In this document: piece after piece, positions 9,891-18,650 of the stretch | Layout: the number at the start of each line of letters is the position of its first letter | Numbering within the stretch: position 1 is the first letter of the stretch | Origin: a virus | Lineage: Duplodnaviria; Caudoviricetes | IMG/VR virus record: IMGVR_UViG_3300021514_000002 | Coordinates: 224,001-288,000 of that record | DNA: 64,000 nucleotides | Reading direction: 5' to 3' (one strand) | The notes under the pieces: generated by a model | The model's input: the letters and a program-made list of their open reading frames with translations, nothing else | Database searches by the model: none | Told to the model about the DNA's origin: nothing | Position numbers and translations under genes: made by a program

Positions 9891-10195
9891 CTATTCTGTT
9901 GCCAGGTCGTCAAACCCCGAATCGATCACGCCGCGAGGCGAGTTTCTTCAAAAAAAGCGTCATTAGCTGCTTTTAATTTAATTTATGCCATTTACGATGG
10001 TCATCTGTCGTATCATCCACTAGCCGTTCTTAACCACGTCGAATCCATTTCATCCCCGTTGTACGTCGGCTGAGCCTTTTACAGCGTCGTAAGGCTGGAA
10101 GCCGTTCCAGTCCCCTTACCAGTTGTTCGGTGGAGATGTGGGCGTCGAAGCCCAGTCCGCAATTCTTACTAAATTCGCTTCATATGATAGTATTC
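9885..10195 (-). ncRNA. ssrA: Circularly permuted (two-piece) tmRNA; tag (A)ANDAFFEETRLAA
   Basis: Acceptor half ending CAUCUCCA at 10131 lies upstream of the 5' half GGGGAUG...GAUUCGAC starting at 10057. The 7-bp acceptor stem has G3.U70. P2 pairings CGUGGUU/AAUUGCG and AUGAUA/UAUCAU. Tag reading frame 9970-9926. Outer ends are approximate. Confidence 0.9.
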
Positions 10196-10717
10196 TTATT
10201 TATCATCCTTCGTATTATCTTTTGCCCAATCTAAATTAAGGTCTTCGGCATATTCTTCCACGATTTCAATAGGTTCTTCAAATTTAGGAAGATCTTTACA
10301 TTGTAAACTACCAACATCATAAGAAAGTGTTACATGTGGCTTATAGTCAGGAAAATCGTATGTTGCCTCGTGCTCTTTCATTAATTCCTTATGTCTTTTT
10401 GATAAAGCAGTGCAAGTATACTTCAAAACCAAACACATTGCAACCTTTCCATCATCATCAGGTTGCGACGGCCATTTTTCGAAGCCCGATGGTGTACCTT
10501 CTAATATATCATCATACTTACCTTTGGCCTTATAGTCTGGTAAATATTTTCTACTGTATAATAAAGTGGTATGCATTTTTTCGGGTTCTATGGGATTTGG
10601 TATATCATTATCTTTAATAAACTTTTTAATCGCATTGATAGTTTTGTTACTTAGTCTTACTCCAGCATAAGTTCCTTTTTGTATTTTTTCTTCAATAATC
10701 TCGGTCAATTTCATCAC
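10196..10717 (-). CDS. acb1: 2H phosphoesterase, Acb1 / T4 gp57B-like anti-CBASS nuclease
   Basis: GTYAGV, MHTTLLYSRK and PHVTLSYD (two HxT motifs), YAEDLNLDW. Confidence 0.85.
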   Translation of the reverse strand: MMKLTEIIEEKIQKGTYAGVRLSNKTINAIKKFIKDNDIPNPIEPEKMHTTLLYSRKYLPDYKAKGKYDDILEGTPSGFEKWPSQPDDDGKVAMCLVLKYTCTALSKRHKELMKEHEATYDFPDYKPHVTLSYDVGSLQCKDLPKFEEPIEIVEEYAEDLNLDWAKDNTKDDK

Positions 10718-10919
10718 TCTTTTCTTCTATTTTTATTATAGTGTTATTTACCCAATCATGGGCAGCTTGCCAACAATTACATTTTATTTTATGTATTTCA
10801 GTTGGTGTAGTTACTGTGGCATTAAATTCAATACCGTGTCTTGCGTCATATCCAGAATCTTGTGGAAATATCAAAAATCGTGCAAATTTGACACTTCCAA
10901 CACTTACCAGTTTTGTCAA
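10692..10919 (-). CDS. Small hypothetical protein, in frame with the DHFR TAG stop
   Basis: TTG start two codons after the DHFR stop; protein-like composition. Confidence 0.4.
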   Translation of the reverse strand: MTKLVSVGSVKFARFLIFPQDSGYDARHGIEFNATVTTPTEIHKIKCNCWQAAHDWVNNTIIKIEEKSDEIDRDY

Positions 10920-10925
10920 TATATT

Positions 10926-11528
10926 CTACCTTTTCTTATAAGTTACAAAATATAATTTTTCAGTTTCTTCGCCATTTACTATCCTATACTCTTTATTTAG
11001 TATTTCTATAGGAAATTTCTTATCACATTGATATCTTTCATTTTTTATGATAGTTAAATATATTGTGGTTGTCCATGATAACGCCTCAATGAACATTCTG
11101 TGGCCACCAACCACAAAAATCTCACGATTATCTTGTTCATCTAGTTGCTGGATTGCTCCCCGAATGGTTTGTACGGCAGTTGCACCTACTGGCGTATATT
11201 CAGCATCGCTTGTTACAACAAACGATTGCCTACCATGTAGGATTGCATCTGGTGGTATCGCAGATTGTTTTATATTTACTGTATTCTCAATAGTTTCTAC
11301 CTCTTCGTCGACATCAATAATTTTTGGCTTCTTCCTATCCATAAACATGGCGTGCATATCTTCGTATGTCTTTCTCCCCATAATACAAACACCACCAGAC
11401 GTAACTTCTTTGAAATGTCGTAGATCTTCGGGGATATCCCATGGGATTTTTCCATCTTTGCCAAAACCACCATCCTCGTCGACTGCGACTACAATTGATA
11501 AAGATGGTATTATTGTTTTATTATTCAT
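10926..11528 (-). CDS. folA: Dihydrofolate reductase with an internal insertion
   Basis: IVVAVDEDGGFGKDGKIPWDIPEDLRHFKEVT, IMGRKTY, LHGR, FVVGG, CD-KFP; stop is TAG. Confidence 0.92.
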   Translation of the reverse strand: MNNKTIIPSLSIVVAVDEDGGFGKDGKIPWDIPEDLRHFKEVTSGGVCIMGRKTYEDMHAMFMDRKKPKIIDVDEEVETIENTVNIKQSAIPPDAILHGRQSFVVTSDAEYTPVGATAVQTIRGAIQQLDEQDNREIFVVGGHRMFIEALSWTTTIYLTIIKNERYQCDKKFPIEILNKEYRIVNGEETEKLYFVTYKKR

Positions 11529-12045
11529 ATTTTTGTGCCCGCATTGCTTCTTCTATTCTCTTGTGATTTTGGAAATACTTTTCTGATGTTAAATCCACTA
11601 TAATTCTAGCATACCTCATGGCACGCGTATTCACACGATCTGCTGTTGTAAAGTAAAAATTAACTGCGGGGATGGCTGTCGGTTTTTTAAAGAATGCAAC
11701 CAGTTTACCTATAATGGACGTAGGGGAAGGGGGTAATGGAAACTCTGCATTAAATGTCAACGTGGATGGGGAATATTGGCAATAAGCGCCACTATCCAGA
11801 ATCCAATGGTGGAACGTATGATAAATGTCACGTACATGGTTTTGATTTTCCCCAATAAAAAGATATTTATTGCCACCGTGGTGTGGTTGTAAATAGGAAA
11901 GCAACGTCACCATTTTTTCTATGGTTTTACCACAACCACGCCCGTATAACTTTTCGTCACGGACAAGCTTAACGCGTGCTGGATCTACTTCGTATAGAGG
12001 TATCATCCTGTAATCGTGTAGCGTAGCACTGTAACGTTGTAACAA
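11521..12045 (-). CDS. Hypothetical protein
   Basis: Intact ORF; GRGCGKT is P-loop-like but has no further support. Confidence 0.55.
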   Translation of the reverse strand: MLQRYSATLHDYRMIPLYEVDPARVKLVRDEKLYGRGCGKTIEKMVTLLSYLQPHHGGNKYLFIGENQNHVRDIYHTFHHWILDSGAYCQYSPSTLTFNAEFPLPPSPTSIIGKLVAFFKKPTAIPAVNFYFTTADRVNTRAMRYARIIVDLTSEKYFQNHKRIEEAMRAQKYE

Positions 12046-12323
12046 TTACGTTGACGATAATATACGTCAAGATGTGTTATTTTTTTGTTAATATCAGATT
12101 GTTTATTATTTCTAGTATCACAAATTATATTCCATTGCTCTATTTTATTTTCATTAACCATATATTCCATGTGGTCATCAAGAATTCCCAATACAACAAT
12201 GCGGTGCGGATCACTATCCCATATGACATTAAAATCTACAATCAACACTTCAATAAAACTGGATATGTTATTACATAATTGTTTGCTATTGACATGTTGT
12301 GTTTTTAAAATAAAATCGGTCAT
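12003..12323 (-). CDS. Small protein resembling a tail-sheath C-terminal domain (paralog 1)
   Basis: IICDTRNN...I....DVYY....C-N-T-L-YTI shared with the neighbouring ORF. Confidence 0.5.
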   Translation of the reverse strand: MTDFILKTQHVNSKQLCNNISSFIEVLIVDFNVIWDSDPHRIVVLGILDDHMEYMVNENKIEQWNIICDTRNNKQSDINKKITHLDVYYRQRNCYNVTVLRYTITG

Positions 12324-12328
12324 TGCAA

Positions 12329-12649
12329 TTACTTCTGTATAGTATAAGATAAGTGCGTTGTATTAAAACAATTTTTATGTTTATAGTAAATGTCAATAAT
12401 GAATTTATTTTTTTTAAGTTCTGAAAATTTATTATTTCTCGAATCGGCAACTACATTTAATTGTTCAAGTTTATTACTTTCCGCTTCGTCTTCCAACATC
12501 ATTTCAATTAAATTAATCGCAGAGTTCATATCTATCGATAAATCAAATAACATTACCACCGCACGCATATGTTCATCAATGCTTTCAAAAATTGATTTAC
12601 TATGTACGTTTTTAGTTGTTGATGTAATTTTCACGTTATAAGGTTCCAT
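12329..12649 (-). CDS. Small protein resembling a tail-sheath C-terminal domain (paralog 2)
   Basis: VVADSRNN...DIYY...NCFNTTHLSYTI; late promoter at 12664-12671. Confidence 0.5.
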   Translation of the reverse strand: MEPYNVKITSTTKNVHSKSIFESIDEHMRAVVMLFDLSIDMNSAINLIEMMLEDEAESNKLEQLNVVADSRNNKFSELKKNKFIIDIYYKHKNCFNTTHLSYTIQK

Positions 12650-12666
12650 TAAAAATATACCTATAT

Positions 12667-13518
12667 TTATACACTAAATGCATACTTAATTGCAGGGTGG
12701 TGTTCATACCCCTCAAGTTCAAAATCTTCTAATGTTACCCATGTTTCCAAGTCTTCAAGACTTTTAATATCTGGATTAATTTTCAGAGTCGGCAATGCCA
12801 GTGGTTCTCTATTAAGTTGAACTTCTGTTAATAATTCAAGTTGGTCTTCGTAAATGTGAGCATTTACAATTTTATGAAATGCCTTTGCAGGTTTAAGTCC
12901 TGTAATCTGTGCCATAATAATAAGCAACCATGCGACTTGCACTTGGTTGAAACCGTGTCCTAACGGAATATCATCACTACGCTGATAACTGGTAAGATAT
13001 AAGTTACCGTCTAAGATACTAAAAGTGTGCGTATGCATACAAGCTGCAAGACATGCCCTGTTTATTTCGGCAGGATTCCAAAATGTCAAAATTTCACGCC
13101 GATCATCATAGCCTTTACTTAGGTTATTTACAATCTTTTTAAGTTGGTCAAATGGCTTGCCGCGGCGATCCATAAACCTACGGCCTTGGGCACCATAGCA
13201 GTCGCCCATGTCATCTTCGCCCTTTCGGTAAGGATTATTAAGCCATGCTTCATTGTCGTTAGCGTTAGCGTTCCATGTATTACAACCAAGAGCGCGAAAT
13301 TGTGCTGCGTTGGTATACCCACGCAGATAACCTAACATTTCTGCGATTGCTGGTTTCCAAAATAATTTTTTGGTTGTTAAAACAGGTAATTTTCCTTCAC
13401 TAACATCGTAAGTGAAGTTTGCATCAATGACAGTTAAACAACGCTTGCCCGTGCGTTTATTTGTTACCCATTGACCTTCATTTATTATTCTATTGCATAG
13501 GTTAAGATATTCTTTCAT
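12667..13518 (-). CDS. thyA: Thymidylate synthase
   Basis: [22 protein letters not shown] (catalytic Cys), [14 protein letters not shown]; 283 aa, resembling the Vibrio/Haemophilus-type ThyA as I recall it. Confidence 0.96.
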   Translation of the reverse strand: MKEYLNLCNRIINEGQWVTNKRTGKRCLTVIDANFTYDVSEGKLPVLTTKKLFWKPAIAEMLGYLRGYTNAAQFRALGCNTWNANANDNEAWLNNPYRKGEDDMGDCYGAQGRRFMDRRGKPFDQLKKIVNNLSKGYDDRREILTFWNPAEINRACLAACMHTHTFSILDGNLYLTSYQRSDDIPLGHGFNQVQVAWLLIIMAQITGLKPAKAFHKIVNAHIYEDQLELLTEVQLNREPLALPTLKINPDIKSLEDLETWVTLEDFELEGYEHHPAIKYAFSV

Positions 13519-13524
13519 TTATTA

Positions 13525-13719
13525 TTATTCTTCTATTTCATATAAATCTGTTAGGCGAACCCATTTCTTCCATGAACCATGTTCCGCATTGGCAGGTTTT
13601 ACTTCGTGCCGTTCATCTATTCTATTATTTTTTAATTCGCGCTTAGCAGTTCTTCCCGTAAAAACAACTTCAATATCATCCAATAGGTATGTCTTTGTCT
13701 GCTCTGATGAGTTTGGCAT
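13525..13719 (-). CDS. Small hypothetical phage protein
   Basis: EVVFTGRTA...WKKWV motif, 64 aa, in operon. Confidence 0.65.
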   Translation of the reverse strand: MPNSSEQTKTYLLDDIEVVFTGRTAKRELKNNRIDERHEVKPANAEHGSWKKWVRLTDLYEIEE

Positions 13720-14032
13720 ATTTCATCCCCTTTTTCTGTACTGCTGCAAACAATTCATCTGTTAGTTCGCGTGGTGTTTTATCGGGATTATGCATGGCCA
13801 ACGTACCTATTAACACATTTATAATATCCGCTGCTTCTTCGGCAGGCGTATCTTTCCATTCTTTATCTTTGTGGCGAAGGTATCCCATTTCATGAAGCAT
13901 TATTTCGCTAAACTCACCAACTTCTTCTGCCAATTTAATCGTCAATGCTTGTGGCGGCATGGTTTCATATGCGTGCGTCATTTCAAATAAATCACCAATT
14001 AACTTATTCCAATCTTGTGTTGTATCAGTCAT
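13676..14032 (-). CDS. MazG-like NTP pyrophosphohydrolase
   Basis: KLAEEVGEFSE and EEAADII motifs; start reassigned to the ATG at 14032 (MTDTT). Confidence 0.75.
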   Translation of the reverse strand: MTDTTQDWNKLIGDLFEMTHAYETMPPQALTIKLAEEVGEFSEIMLHEMGYLRHKDKEWKDTPAEEAADIINVLIGTLAMHNPDKTPRELTDELFAAVQKKGMKYAKLIRADKDIPIG

Positions 14033-14237
14033 CGTCTTTTTCTCCGTCACCATTTCTATATATTTCAAGCATATTTTCAAGCTTGTACAGTAAGTCTATC
14101 TGTTCTTCATCGTAACACCCAATATGTAAATCGTCGGCGTTATTAGTTAGAAAAAATATCGCTTTTTCAAGATTATATAGATGCCATTCAAGTTCACGAA
14201 AACCTTTTTCTGTAAATACTTCTTTAGGATTCCGCAT
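14025..14237 (-). CDS. Small hypothetical protein
   Basis: Probable start MRNPK at 14237, overlapping both neighbours. Confidence 0.45.
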   Translation of the reverse strand: MRNPKEVFTEKGFRELEWHLYNLEKAIFFLTNNADDLHIGCYDEEQIDLLYKLENMLEIYRNGDGEKDDD

Positions 14238-14520
14238 CTTCGTTTCCTCTGAAATTGCGTAACGCCACGCTAATATCATGCCACCAATCTGCTTCAATTT
14301 GAAACTCTAAAGAAATTCCATCTTCATATGTGGTGCCTGGTTCTTCGCCATATTCGCTATCAATTTCCGCGCAGAATCTTGATTTGTAATATCTGTCTAA
14401 CTTTTCACAGGCTTCCATTAATTCGGTAATGTTTGCTTTTTCAGGTGCGTTCTTCAAATCTTCTTCAACAGTCGATAATAGTCGCTTAGCTTGTTCAATG
14501 TTCCATAATACGGTAGTCAT
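14224..14520 (-). CDS. Hypothetical protein
   Basis: Intact ORF overlapping the Thg1 stop (ATGA). Confidence 0.55.
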   Translation of the reverse strand: MTTVLWNIEQAKRLLSTVEEDLKNAPEKANITELMEACEKLDRYYKSRFCAEIDSEYGEEPGTTYEDGISLEFQIEADWWHDISVALRNFRGNEDAES

Positions 14521-15227
14521 TCATCCGCTCCCAGTAATTGTTCAATGTAATTTCTATCCTTCGTAAATATAGGAATATCCTTATCATATCCACTAGTAGT
14601 GACACAAAATCCGCGTTTTTTCCAAGTATCCACATCGTTCCAATTTTGTTGATGTGATTTCATTAACATGTCTTGTACTTGCGAGACATTCTTACCGTGT
14701 AATTGTTTATGCGAAAAATAAAACTGACCAAGCATATTAATACTATTACGTGTAGCATCTTGTTGACGCCAAACGAAGTAATTAACCACTTCTTCTTTAG
14801 GAACATTAAACACTCGTGCATCAAATAACGCTGTACTTAAATCTGTGTCTTGGTTAAAAGATGCAGTTGCCAAAGAAGATGAAATGGAAGTAATTTTTTG
14901 GATATTACCATCAAACCATTGATCTGTAGCCAATCGTTTCCAATCGTTTAATAAAATTGATATTTCGTCACTTTGTGAATAGGCCAATACCGCATTCTGG
15001 ATATTGTCCATTAGGTACTGTGTAGTCTTGCGCATTAATCTATACATTACACCACTATATGGTTCATTATTCAATGATTCATCCACAGAAAATAATTGCC
15101 GCGTCCATGTATGAAACGCCTTACCATCCAAGCGAATGATGACAGGGGTACGGCGAAGCAATTTAGATTTTGAAACTGCTTCATATCCCTTCATACGCGA
15201 TCCTAAATTATCTGATTTGTGGCTCAT
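14517..15227 (-). CDS. thg1: tRNA-His guanylyltransferase (Thg1-like)
   Basis: IIRLDGKAFH, YSQSDEISI, WFDGNIQK, FDARVF, YFVWRQQDATRNSI. Confidence 0.93.
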   Translation of the reverse strand: MSHKSDNLGSRMKGYEAVSKSKLLRRTPVIIRLDGKAFHTWTRQLFSVDESLNNEPYSGVMYRLMRKTTQYLMDNIQNAVLAYSQSDEISILLNDWKRLATDQWFDGNIQKITSISSSLATASFNQDTDLSTALFDARVFNVPKEEVVNYFVWRQQDATRNSINMLGQFYFSHKQLHGKNVSQVQDMLMKSHQQNWNDVDTWKKRGFCVTTSGYDKDIPIFTKDRNYIEQLLGADE

Positions 15228-15933
15228 GACTCCCCCAATTTTGATGTATTTTTTTGTGACATGTTCTGCATAATGTTAACCCATTTTTTAAATCTTTATC
15301 TGCAATTTCTGGTTGAATAATCAACCAATCAATTTTTTCTGATTCCGTTACAAATGTATTTTCTTTTAATAAATTTACTATAATCGTAGATATTGGTGAA
15401 ATATGGTGTGCATCAAGATTCTTAGTTGCACCACAATGTTGACATATACATTTATCTCTATCCATAACTTTGTGAAACCATTTATTTTTTCTTTGTAATG
15501 CGCTTTTAACCCTTTGGTTGAGACTCTTTTTGCCGCCCTTCCATGCTGTTGCATTTTCGCCAGTTTTACCAATTCGCGATTTTGACATTTTATTCTTTGT
15601 TTTTTCTGTGTGTCTTTTCCCCCACATGGGATTATTTTCGCCTTTAAGGGAAGGCCGGTTCGCAATAGCATTATAGTATAGAACACTCGATTTAATGCTC
15701 TTACTATGATTTCTCTTTCTTTCTTCGTTTTGCCAAAAATCTTTACCACATTGTGGATTTTTTCTCGATGCAATTTTCGCAGCACAGTTGACACAATAAT
15801 CTTTATCTATTTCTCTTTTCTTTCTACTTGCTTTTACTGACGATATTCTTCTATTATTAATTTTCCCACAATCGTCACATTTTACTGCAACTTTGATTTT
15901 TACCTGCAGGCCTTCAATATTGATCATAAACAT
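15208..15933 (-). CDS. HNH homing endonuclease with zinc finger and NUMOD3 motifs
   Basis: CDDCG...CVNC; NPMWGKRHTEKTKNKMS; CQHCG...LDAHHI...NGLTLCRTCHKKIH. Confidence 0.85.
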   Translation of the reverse strand: MFMINIEGLQVKIKVAVKCDDCGKINNRRISSVKASRKKREIDKDYCVNCAAKIASRKNPQCGKDFWQNEERKRNHSKSIKSSVLYYNAIANRPSLKGENNPMWGKRHTEKTKNKMSKSRIGKTGENATAWKGGKKSLNQRVKSALQRKNKWFHKVMDRDKCICQHCGATKNLDAHHISPISTIIVNLLKENTFVTESEKIDWLIIQPEIADKDLKNGLTLCRTCHKKIHQNWGSHEPQIR

Positions 15934-15995
15934 TATAGATCTCCTTCTTATAATATTTATAAGTTATATTAATTCAATTACCAACAAATGTCCGT

Positions 15996-16220
15996 TTATA
16001 AGTTATCTTTGAGATATAACCATCGTGTTACGGCAAGGGATATAAAATATGCCCATCCCAGTAAAGATATAATGGCAGCATCTGCGGTTATTAATAATAA
16101 TCCCACAAACATTACACCCCATAGCGGCCAAAACTGTGAAACTTTGCCTTGATCATCGTACCATTGGTTATATTTCTTTAAGTTATTTTTTATTGTCTTC
16201 CACATAATTTCTCTTCTCAA
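15996..16220 (-). CDS. Small membrane protein
   Basis: Two hydrophobic segments. Confidence 0.5.
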   Translation of the reverse strand: MRREIMWKTIKNNLKKYNQWYDDQGKVSQFWPLWGVMFVGLLLITADAAIISLLGWAYFISLAVTRWLYLKDNL

Positions 16221-16467
16221 AACAGAATGTTGAACCTTTATTTGTACCTACGATAAAAATGCATTGCATATAATGTGCAGTCTGCAGTGTAAATTCATAA
16301 AGGCGCATATCGCCACCTGCGGCGGCGAGACGTGTTACACTGTCGGCGCTAACCGTAGCGGTCGTAAAAACACTACCATCATCAAACCATTGCTTTTTCA
16401 CATAGTAAAGACCTGATAGGATAATTACTGTTGCTACAATATAAAAAGTTATTTTAAATTTGCTCAT
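16183..16467 (-). CDS. Small membrane-anchored protein
   Basis: N-terminal transmembrane helix; MRLYEF...C..C pattern. Confidence 0.55.
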   Translation of the reverse strand: MSKFKITFYIVATVIILSGLYYVKKQWFDDGSVFTTATVSADSVTRLAAAGGDMRLYEFTLQTAHYMQCIFIVGTNKGSTFCFEKRNYVEDNKK

Positions 16468-16952
16468 TTTGCCATCCCAAATGTGTTAAGTTTATTCATG
16501 AATTTTGCTTCCCATTTAGTATATTCTTCTACACGCGCAAAACCTGTGTCAGAAAAAAGAGTAATAGTACCATCTTCTGTTAAACTTTCTGACGCCAATT
16601 GTGAGAATCCTGAACGAAGAACCGCTGCCCCTTCATAGATCTTCTCGGGAAGAACGATACCTGCACAGGTTAACGCCCCATCTAGCGCTTCGTGAGATTC
16701 ACAGAAATCTGTCCATGGGTATGGGTTTTGAGGATCATCTAGATCTACCAATAGATTACGAATGTTATCACCGTATCCACCATTTAACAAAATCATAGTC
16801 TTGTGATTTTTCGCCCAATCATATAATATTTCGGTTTTTTCCTGATGAAAGGCGATATTATATTTTACGAACATGTCAGAAATGACATGTGCACTTTGCA
16901 ACCCAACCTGTATTGACGATAAATACATATTAGAAAAAGAATAGAATCTCAT
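16464..16952 (-). CDS. Possible PTH2-fold (peptidyl-tRNA hydrolase-like) protein
   Basis: LQSAH, W..NHKTMILLNGG, F-E, LTCAGIVLP parallel the PTH2 motifs Q-x-x-H, K-x-V-L and T-x-x-G-I; by-eye match only. Confidence 0.5.
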   Translation of the reverse strand: MRFYSFSNMYLSSIQVGLQSAHVISDMFVKYNIAFHQEKTEILYDWAKNHKTMILLNGGYGDNIRNLLVDLDDPQNPYPWTDFCESHEALDGALTCAGIVLPEKIYEGAAVLRSGFSQLASESLTEDGTITLFSDTGFARVEEYTKWEAKFMNKLNTFGMAK

Positions 16953-16985
16953 ATTTTACCTCTTAATTTATAGTGATAGCATAAC

Positions 16986-17849
16986 ATGAAACCTTTAATA
17001 GGTCAACAAGAAAGTAACAGAAAACACCAAGAAAAACGCAGACGTGCGGCAGGAATTCCAACAAGAGAACAAATACGTGCAAGAAATATGCAAATATTCG
17101 TTCAAGTATCTGAAAAGGTTCATAAAAACAAATATAATTATTCGGATGTTGTTTATGTTAATAGTTTAACAAAGGTAAAAATTAAATGTCCTAATCATGA
17201 CATCTTCCATCAAATCCCGCACGCACATAAAGATGGACAAGGGTGTCCAGAATGCGCATTACGAAAAAAACATAATGGTTTTAGAAAATCATTAAAAAGT
17301 TTTATTAGTGAATCTAATATAGTACATGACAACAAGTATGATTATTCGGAAACATTCTATGTTAATAATAAAACTAAAGTTGATATCATATGTCCTGAAC
17401 ATGGAAAATTTTCACAACAAGCCAAAGCACATCTACATGGGCAGGGTTGTCCTTGCTGTGGTGCGGCGGCGAGAATATCCATAACAATGTCAAAAGGCGA
17501 GACAAAAATCTTAAACTTTTTAAAAAACCACCATGTTGATTTCATACCACAACAAACTTTTAAGGATTGTAAATATTAAAGCTTTCTCAGCTTCGATTTT
17601 TACTTACCAGAACAAAATATGTTAATAGAGTTCGATGGCAAGCAACACTATGAATTTGTTAAGAAATTCCATGATAATATAGAAGGGTTTAAAATACAAC
17701 AGGCGAGGGACAAGATAAAAACACAATATGCCCTTGATAATAATATCACGTTAGTAAGAATACGCTGGGATGAAGAGAGCGCGATCCATGATATTCTTTA
17801 CAAATCAATATTTTTCCATTCCAAACAAGCGTCGTTATCTCAAGTCTAA
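16986..17849 (+). pseudogene. Zinc-binding repeat + Vsr/DUF559-like endonuclease interrupted by one in-frame TAA
   Basis: ORFs 16986-17579 and 17619-17849 are in the same frame: FKDCKY*SFLSFDFYLPEQNMLIEFDGKQH; TAA at 17577-17579. Confidence 0.85.
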
Positions 17850-17855
17850 TAATGC

Positions 17856-18218
17856 CTACTTATGAAAATGGACTAACGGGATAACAGATGATTGTTTGGG
17901 GGATATTTTAATATTACAAACTGGCTGCTGTGCTGGCGCATATGATACATGATATAAGAAAGTAGCATACCAAATTTCAAGAAATATAATGGTCGACATA
18001 TGAAATGCCGCGAAGGTAGTAAAAACGAACAAAATAAAAATAAGGGAAATGGCAATAACGGCGATTAGCAACATGCACCACCCGTTTGTAATCTTTATTG
18101 TTGGGTCAGTGGTTTCTGAATCACCAGTGAGTTTATATAATAAATATGTACTCCACGCGATCAATATTCCACTCATAAAACTAAAAATCGTAGGTAATAG
18201 TAAAAGTACTGTTTCCAT
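17856..18218 (-). CDS. Membrane protein
   Basis: Three hydrophobic stretches; stop is TAG. Confidence 0.5.
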   Translation of the reverse strand: METVLLLLPTIFSFMSGILIAWSTYLLYKLTGDSETTDPTIKITNGWCMLLIAVIAISLIFILFVFTTFAAFHMSTIIFLEIWYATFLYHVSYAPAQQPVCNIKISPKQSSVIPLVHFHK

Positions 18219-18229
18219 GATAGTTCCTC

Positions 18230-18508
18230 TTATTGGTTTTCATTATTTAATCGACGCTTAACTTGTGTTAAATTTTTTTTAATGCCGACAATGTTTTTTT
18301 CTATATCACTAAGTTTTTTCAATATTTTAATAGTATTTTGATCATGTGTGTTATTTTGTTCAATTAGTAGCACATTGGGGGGTAATTCAACAACACGCAA
18401 TGCCGCGAAGCCGATTACGCTTCCAATAATTATAATAATCATAATCTTAAAACCAATACCATGAGCACAAGATTTACACTTTTCGGTATTATTTCCAAAA
18501 TGTAGCAT
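18230..18508 (-). CDS. Single-pass membrane protein with coiled coil
   Basis: Transmembrane segment followed by heptads; late promoter at 18543-18550. Confidence 0.55.
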   Translation of the reverse strand: MLHFGNNTEKCKSCAHGIGFKIMIIIIIGSVIGFAALRVVELPPNVLLIEQNNTHDQNTIKILKKLSDIEKNIVGIKKNLTQVKRRLNNENQ

Positions 18509-18650
18509 GTATTCCTCCTGATGAATATTGTGATTGCAATTATATTTATAATAGTTGTATTTTTAACCCAAAAAATATTATGTATCAAGGTTAAAAATGT
18601 CCATAAAGAATGTAAATGAAATAAATAATATCAAGTACGCAAAGGAGCAC

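Noticed and set aside
11521-12045. Terminase or helicase call from GRGCGKT
   Set aside because: No Walker B or other motifs, and the protein is too short.
15208-15933. Group I intron around the HNH gene (also considered for the other endonucleases)
   Set aside because: Flanking genes (Thg1 and others) are complete and unsplit, and no intron core is recognisable, so these are free-standing.
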